The translations under genes and the position numbers were made by a program. Below, in pieces: positions 17,199 to 20,000 of a stretch of 20,000 nt of DNA. The stretch's first letter is position 1. Every line of letters begins with the position of its first letter. The notes beneath the pieces were generated by a model, which saw only the letters and a list, made by a program, of their open reading frames with translations, had not been told where the DNA came from and made no database searches. The stretch is from an uncultured virus (IMG/VR IMGVR_UViG_3300022928_000001) (lineage: Duplodnaviria; Heunggongvirae; Uroviricota; Caudoviricetes): the IMG/VR virus record IMGVR_UViG_3300022928_000001. The stretch is one strand, 5' to 3'.

Positions 17199-17410
17199 AT
17201 GCGTAATAGTTTTAAACGTCTGCTGTATTTTTTTATAAGCTTAGCTTTTATTTTTAATTCTTTAACAGGAATTCTATTTCTTGCTTCGCCTATTAATACA
17301 ATGTCTATAATTTCGTGTCTTAAAGAAACTATTTCATTAAGCAAAAACTCTCTATGTTTCTGTGTTCTGCTTTTAGTATCAATTCTTATTTTTCCTATTT
17401 TTATTATCAT
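17195..17410 (-). CDS. Hypothetical basic protein (71 aa)
   Basis: ATGA overlap with the sigma-like gene. Confidence 0.65.
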   Translation of the reverse strand: MIIKIGKIRIDTKSRTQKHREFLLNEIVSLRHEIIDIVLIGEARNRIPVKELKIKAKLIKKYSRRLKLLRI

Positions 17411-17498
17411 TTTTTGGCTTTCTAAAATCTTTTATTTTTGTGGCAATATTAAAACTATTGCTTGATGTTAGGTGTTTATATAGCTTTTGTGATCTCAT
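17379..17498 (-). CDS. Small basic hypothetical protein (39 aa, MRSQKLYKHL...)
   Basis: Hand-translated; ATGA-coupled to the upstream ORF; 32-nt overlap downstream. Confidence 0.4.
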   Translation of the reverse strand: MRSQKLYKHLTSSNSFNIATKIKDFRKPKNDNKNRKNKN

Positions 17499-17653
17499 AT
17501 TATTGTTTCAAAGTGTATGTCCACATCTGGTGGAAATTGTTTTAAAATGTGTTCGCAAGCTTGTTCTTGCACGTGTATAGCAACTTGAGTATTAATCATA
17601 TACTTATGTTGCTTACCTCTATCGTTTATAATCATATATTCTAATATACTCAT
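17495..17653 (-). CDS. Small hypothetical protein (52 aa, MSILEYMIINDRGK...)
   Basis: Hand-translated; TAATG coupling upstream, ATGA downstream. Confidence 0.6.
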   Translation of the reverse strand: MSILEYMIINDRGKQHKYMINTQVAIHVQEQACEHILKQFPPDVDIHFETII

Positions 17654-17790
17654 TAGTATAAAGGTTTAGTGTGTTCTGGGTCTGTTTGCCAATGCTCCAT
17701 AATGTGCTCGCCAGTTGAATTATCAATATAATAGGTTTCAGTACCTATTGTTATAAATACTGAGTGCTCAGATCGTACATCTATAATCAT
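17653..17790 (-). CDS. Small hypothetical protein (45 aa, MIIDVRSEHSVFITIG...)
   Basis: Hand-translated; ATGA coupling upstream, TAATG downstream. Confidence 0.6.
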   Translation of the reverse strand: MIIDVRSEHSVFITIGTETYYIDNSTGEHIMEHWQTDPEHTKPLY

Positions 17791-17954
17791 ATGTAATTCC
17801 AAAATGAATCGACTTTCTCGATATAAGTTAAACCATTCTTTTTAAAATGTAAAGTTTTATGCTTATCAAAGCTAGGTGGTATTTCACCAACAGCATAAGG
17901 TTTGAATTCTACTGTTCTATTTGTTAATGTATTTGTTAATTTAATTGTTTTCAT
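17787..17954 (-). CDS. Small hypothetical protein (55 aa, MKTIKLTNTLTNRTVEFKPY...)
   Basis: Hand-translated; A-rich leader AATTAAATAACAAAT-ATG; ATGA overlap downstream. Confidence 0.6.
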   Translation of the reverse strand: MKTIKLTNTLTNRTVEFKPYAVGEIPPSFDKHKTLHFKKNGLTYIEKVDSFWNYI

Positions 17955-17963
17955 ATTTGTTAT

Positions 17964-18050
17964 TTAATTATAGTACATGTCTAATATTTTGTGCATTGCG
18001 TCCTCGCTAATCTCATTAGAAAGAACCATACTGAACAATAATTTTCTCAT
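17964..18050 (-). CDS. Micro-protein (28 aa, MRKLLFSMVLSNEISEDAMHKILDMYYN)
   Basis: Hand-translated; fills the gap after the ligase. Confidence 0.45.
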   Translation of the reverse strand: MRKLLFSMVLSNEISEDAMHKILDMYYN

Positions 18051-18056
18051 AGCCGT

Positions 18057-18890
18057 TTATTCGTAATTGCGAATACTTTTGAATAGAGGGTGTCTATATG
18101 AGCCAGATGGCGTGCGTTGGAAGTATGTAAATGTAGCAGTCTTGCCAATATACCATTCAGCTATGTCATACATTTTTTCTAGCACAGGCATTTTGTCCAT
18201 TACAGGCATTCCGAATTCGATACCGTTAGCGTCTCGTGCAAGAAATTTGCCGATCGTGCCAGTACGTTTGCCCTGGCCTTCCACCCAGCCGATGATCGTT
18301 GCTTCGGTGTCGTAGAAATCTTTGAACTTTTGTAAATTGTAACTGCGTTTGTTTTCATATGGTTTGTTATTACGTAAGATTGAGCCCTCATAGCCTAGAT
18401 CAAGAAAGCGTTTGTGCCATTCAGTAGCGGATTCAATAATTGATACTTCATGTGTTTCAACTGTTTTACAGTATTGTAATGTAAACTCTTTGTGTAAGTT
18501 TTTAATGCTTTCATTGCGATACCTAAAACTATTATCAGGCGTTTCAGGCATAAATATATCGTAGTTGTGAAATTGTATTACTTTAGCTTCGTTACGCTCA
18601 GCATCAGATGGTGTTTGTTTACGCACAAGTGAGATAATCTTGTTGAAGTTATCTTTGTAATTGTGATTGTATAACTCGCCGTCTAGCACAACGTGAGGAT
18701 ACTTAGCAAACAAAGGTGCAAGCTCATCTAGTATGTGCTGAGCGTTCATAAATTGTTTATGGTTACGTGAAAACGCGCCGTCTTGAGTAATGTAGCAACG
18801 CACGCCGTCCAGCTTCGGTTGAATAAAAGAATCTTTATCAAATTCTTTTTTACCTACTGGATGCGCAAGCATTACATTAAAGGTTGTCAT
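18057..18890 (-). CDS. lig: Minimal ATP-dependent DNA ligase
   Basis: Motif I QPKLDGVRC, III VLDGELY, IIIa FHNYDIF, IV YEGSILR, V LQKFK, and C-terminal YRHPLFKSIR. The start is probably the ATG at 18890; the track gives 18911. Confidence 0.92.
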   Translation of the reverse strand: MTTFNVMLAHPVGKKEFDKDSFIQPKLDGVRCYITQDGAFSRNHKQFMNAQHILDELAPLFAKYPHVVLDGELYNHNYKDNFNKIISLVRKQTPSDAERNEAKVIQFHNYDIFMPETPDNSFRYRNESIKNLHKEFTLQYCKTVETHEVSIIESATEWHKRFLDLGYEGSILRNNKPYENKRSYNLQKFKDFYDTEATIIGWVEGQGKRTGTIGKFLARDANGIEFGMPVMDKMPVLEKMYDIAEWYIGKTATFTYFQRTPSGSYRHPLFKSIRNYE

Positions 18891-19197
18891 ATTCTTTTTT
18901 AATTTTTTCATATATTTCTTTAAGCTCGGTTAATAATTCATATTTTTCTTCTTCTAATAATTTTTTTGCAGTATCTTCTAATTGAAGCATTTGCTCTGCT
19001 AATAAATCTTTTTGTGTATATTCTTGGCTATATTTTATATTACCAAAAGCATCAATATCTTTACTAAAAAATTCTTGTGGACCCATTGCGTCAAACGATA
19101 TTATTGTTTTGTCTATTGGACCTAAATAATCTTTTAGTCTATTAAATACTTTATCAGCTATCATATCTGATAATAGCTCCATTTGATCTTGGGTCAT
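18877..19197 (-). CDS. Hypothetical protein (106 aa)
   Basis: ORF track; helical and acidic; short overlap with the ligase. Confidence 0.7.
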   Translation of the reverse strand: MTQDQMELLSDMIADKVFNRLKDYLGPIDKTIISFDAMGPQEFFSKDIDAFGNIKYSQEYTQKDLLAEQMLQLEDTAKKLLEEEKYELLTELKEIYEKIKKEYDNL

Positions 19198-19277
19198 ATT
19201 CTAATTCTTTAAACATATTAATAATTTCTTCACTTATATTATCACTTTGCAATGGTGTTTGTAACGTATTTTTCATA

Positions 19278-19508
19278 TTATTTTATATAATTATTTGTTG
19301 TGCATAGCATTTTCATTGTACGCCATACTCTTAAATCTCTAATTGCACCATAAGCAAGGTCAAACGTTTGTTGGCTATCAACACCTGCTAGGCCATTGTG
19401 TCTGTTTTTAAAATAATATCCAACTTCGTATTTGCCATGATGAATTTTAGCATAAAGTTTATTTTTTATTCTTTCATCAACATATTTTTGCATTTCTTTT
19501 TTATTCAT
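19278..19508 (-). CDS. Hypothetical protein (about 76 aa)
   Basis: Likely start is the ATG at 19508 (MNKKEMQ), with an 8-nt overlap with the upstream gene. Confidence 0.6.
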   Translation of the reverse strand: MNKKEMQKYVDERIKNKLYAKIHHGKYEVGYYFKNRHNGLAGVDSQQTFDLAYGAIRDLRVWRTMKMLCTTNNYIK

Positions 19509-19821
19509 CTTCGTCTTCGTGCTGTTCAACATAATCTTCTATTTCGTATTCATTAAAGAATTGTTCAATATCTGAACAGTATATTACGGTCTGCTCGTCA
19601 TCATAATCATAACTTACGTCTTTAATGCGTTCAATAATATCATCAAAGCTTGGTTCATAATAATATACGTCTTCTTCCCAATTTATATTTCTATCATCAT
19701 TAGTTATAATGAACACTTCATAGCCGTCAACCGTGCTCTGAGTATATATACTTAGCTCTGGATTACGTGGCCAATCTTCTGTAATTTTTACGTTAAGTAA
19801 TTTTTCTAGTTTTTCAATCAT
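19501..19821 (-). CDS. Highly acidic hypothetical protein (106 aa)
   Basis: ORF track; rich in D/E/Y; A/T-rich leader directly after the tRNA. Confidence 0.7.
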   Translation of the reverse strand: MIEKLEKLLNVKITEDWPRNPELSIYTQSTVDGYEVFIITNDDRNINWEEDVYYYEPSFDDIIERIKDVSYDYDDEQTVIYCSDIEQFFNEYEIEDYVEQHEDEDE

Positions 19822-19841
19822 TGTATTTAATTTAATATTAG

Positions 19842-19914
19842 TTGCGGTGACAGGATTCGAACCTGTGACCTCGAGTTTATGAGACTCGCGAGCTGACCTC
19901 TGCTCTACACCGCT
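19842..19914 (-). tRNA. tRNA-Met(CAT), initiator-like body
   Basis: Cloverleaf AGCGGTG-TA-GAGC-AGAGGTCA-GCTC-G-CGAGT-CTCATAA-ACTCG-AGGTC-ACAGG-TTCGAAT-CCTGT-CACCGCA-A. Anticodon at 19879-19881. CCA is not encoded (followed by CTA). Confidence 0.93.
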
Positions 19915-19920
19915 AAAAAT

Positions 19921-19991
19921 TAGGGCCTCACCATTGCTTTTCGTTTACACTCCCACGCTAGCCAAGAGGTACGCCGGTTTTTTTGGCCCTA
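19921..19991 (-). ncRNA. Candidate structured RNA / long hairpin upstream of the tRNA
   Basis: Terminal inverted repeat TAGGGCC/GGCCCTA; 37 of 70 bases G+C in an AT-rich context; additional internal pairing is possible on the minus strand. Confidence 0.3.
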
Positions 19992-20000
19992 TATAAGATA

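Noticed and set aside
17920..17941. Short direct repeat ATTTGTTAAT x2
   Set aside because: It lies within a small ORF (LTNTLTN) and is expected by chance in AT-rich DNA; not an array or iteron.
10455..18391. Short + strand and off-frame ORFs overlapping MazG, thyA, primase, exonuclease, sigma and ligase
   Set aside because: Shadow ORFs of conserved genes.
19154..19276. Possible 40 aa ORF MKNTLQTPLQSDN...
   Set aside because: 44-nt overlap with the next gene and no motif; could be real but cannot be supported.
19921..19991. tRNA-associated HDV-like (theta) or hammerhead ribozyme
   Set aside because: It lies 5' rather than 3' of the visible tRNA and the catalytic core motifs could not be fitted; kept only as a generic structured-RNA candidate.
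1..20000. Stop-codon reassignment as seen in some Bacteroidota phages
   Set aside because: All conserved genes are intact in the standard code, TGA forms normal ATGA overlaps, and the only tRNA is not a suppressor.
1..20000. CRISPR array, integrase or IS element
   Set aside because: No regularly spaced repeats, transposase or recombinase motifs were found.

Overview
AT-rich, gene-dense bacteriophage DNA read in the standard code. The host is most likely a Bacteroidota/Flavobacteriia bacterium; this is inferred from SD-less A/T-rich leaders, a signal peptide ending in AQ and an NrdAi/NrdBi-type RNR. The + strand (1-5479) carries the 3' part of a giant (>1600 aa) probable virion protein with an embedded HAD phosphatase and a C-terminal HExxH module, followed by one basic ORF. 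A bidirectional terminator separates this from a long, translationally coupled minus-strand block. In transcription order that block is: tRNA-Met(CAT), small early ORFs, ATP-dependent DNA ligase, sigma70-like factor, ERF recombinase, PD-(D/E)XK exonuclease, SSB, primase-helicase, a thymidylate synthase homolog, a GIY-YIG/MazG fusion, a small MazG-like protein, a T7 endonuclease I-like resolvase, nrdB, a Zn-finger membrane protein and nrdA. The most notable signal is in the ThyA homolog, which has Asp at the position of the dUMP-specifying Asn (E. coli N177), the dCMP-type signature. It sits near a GIY-YIG nuclease + MazG pyrophosphatase fusion, suggesting a compact cytosine-substitution (5-methyl-C-like) DNA modification system. 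This is a hypothesis. All family assignments are from motif recognition by eye; no searches were run.
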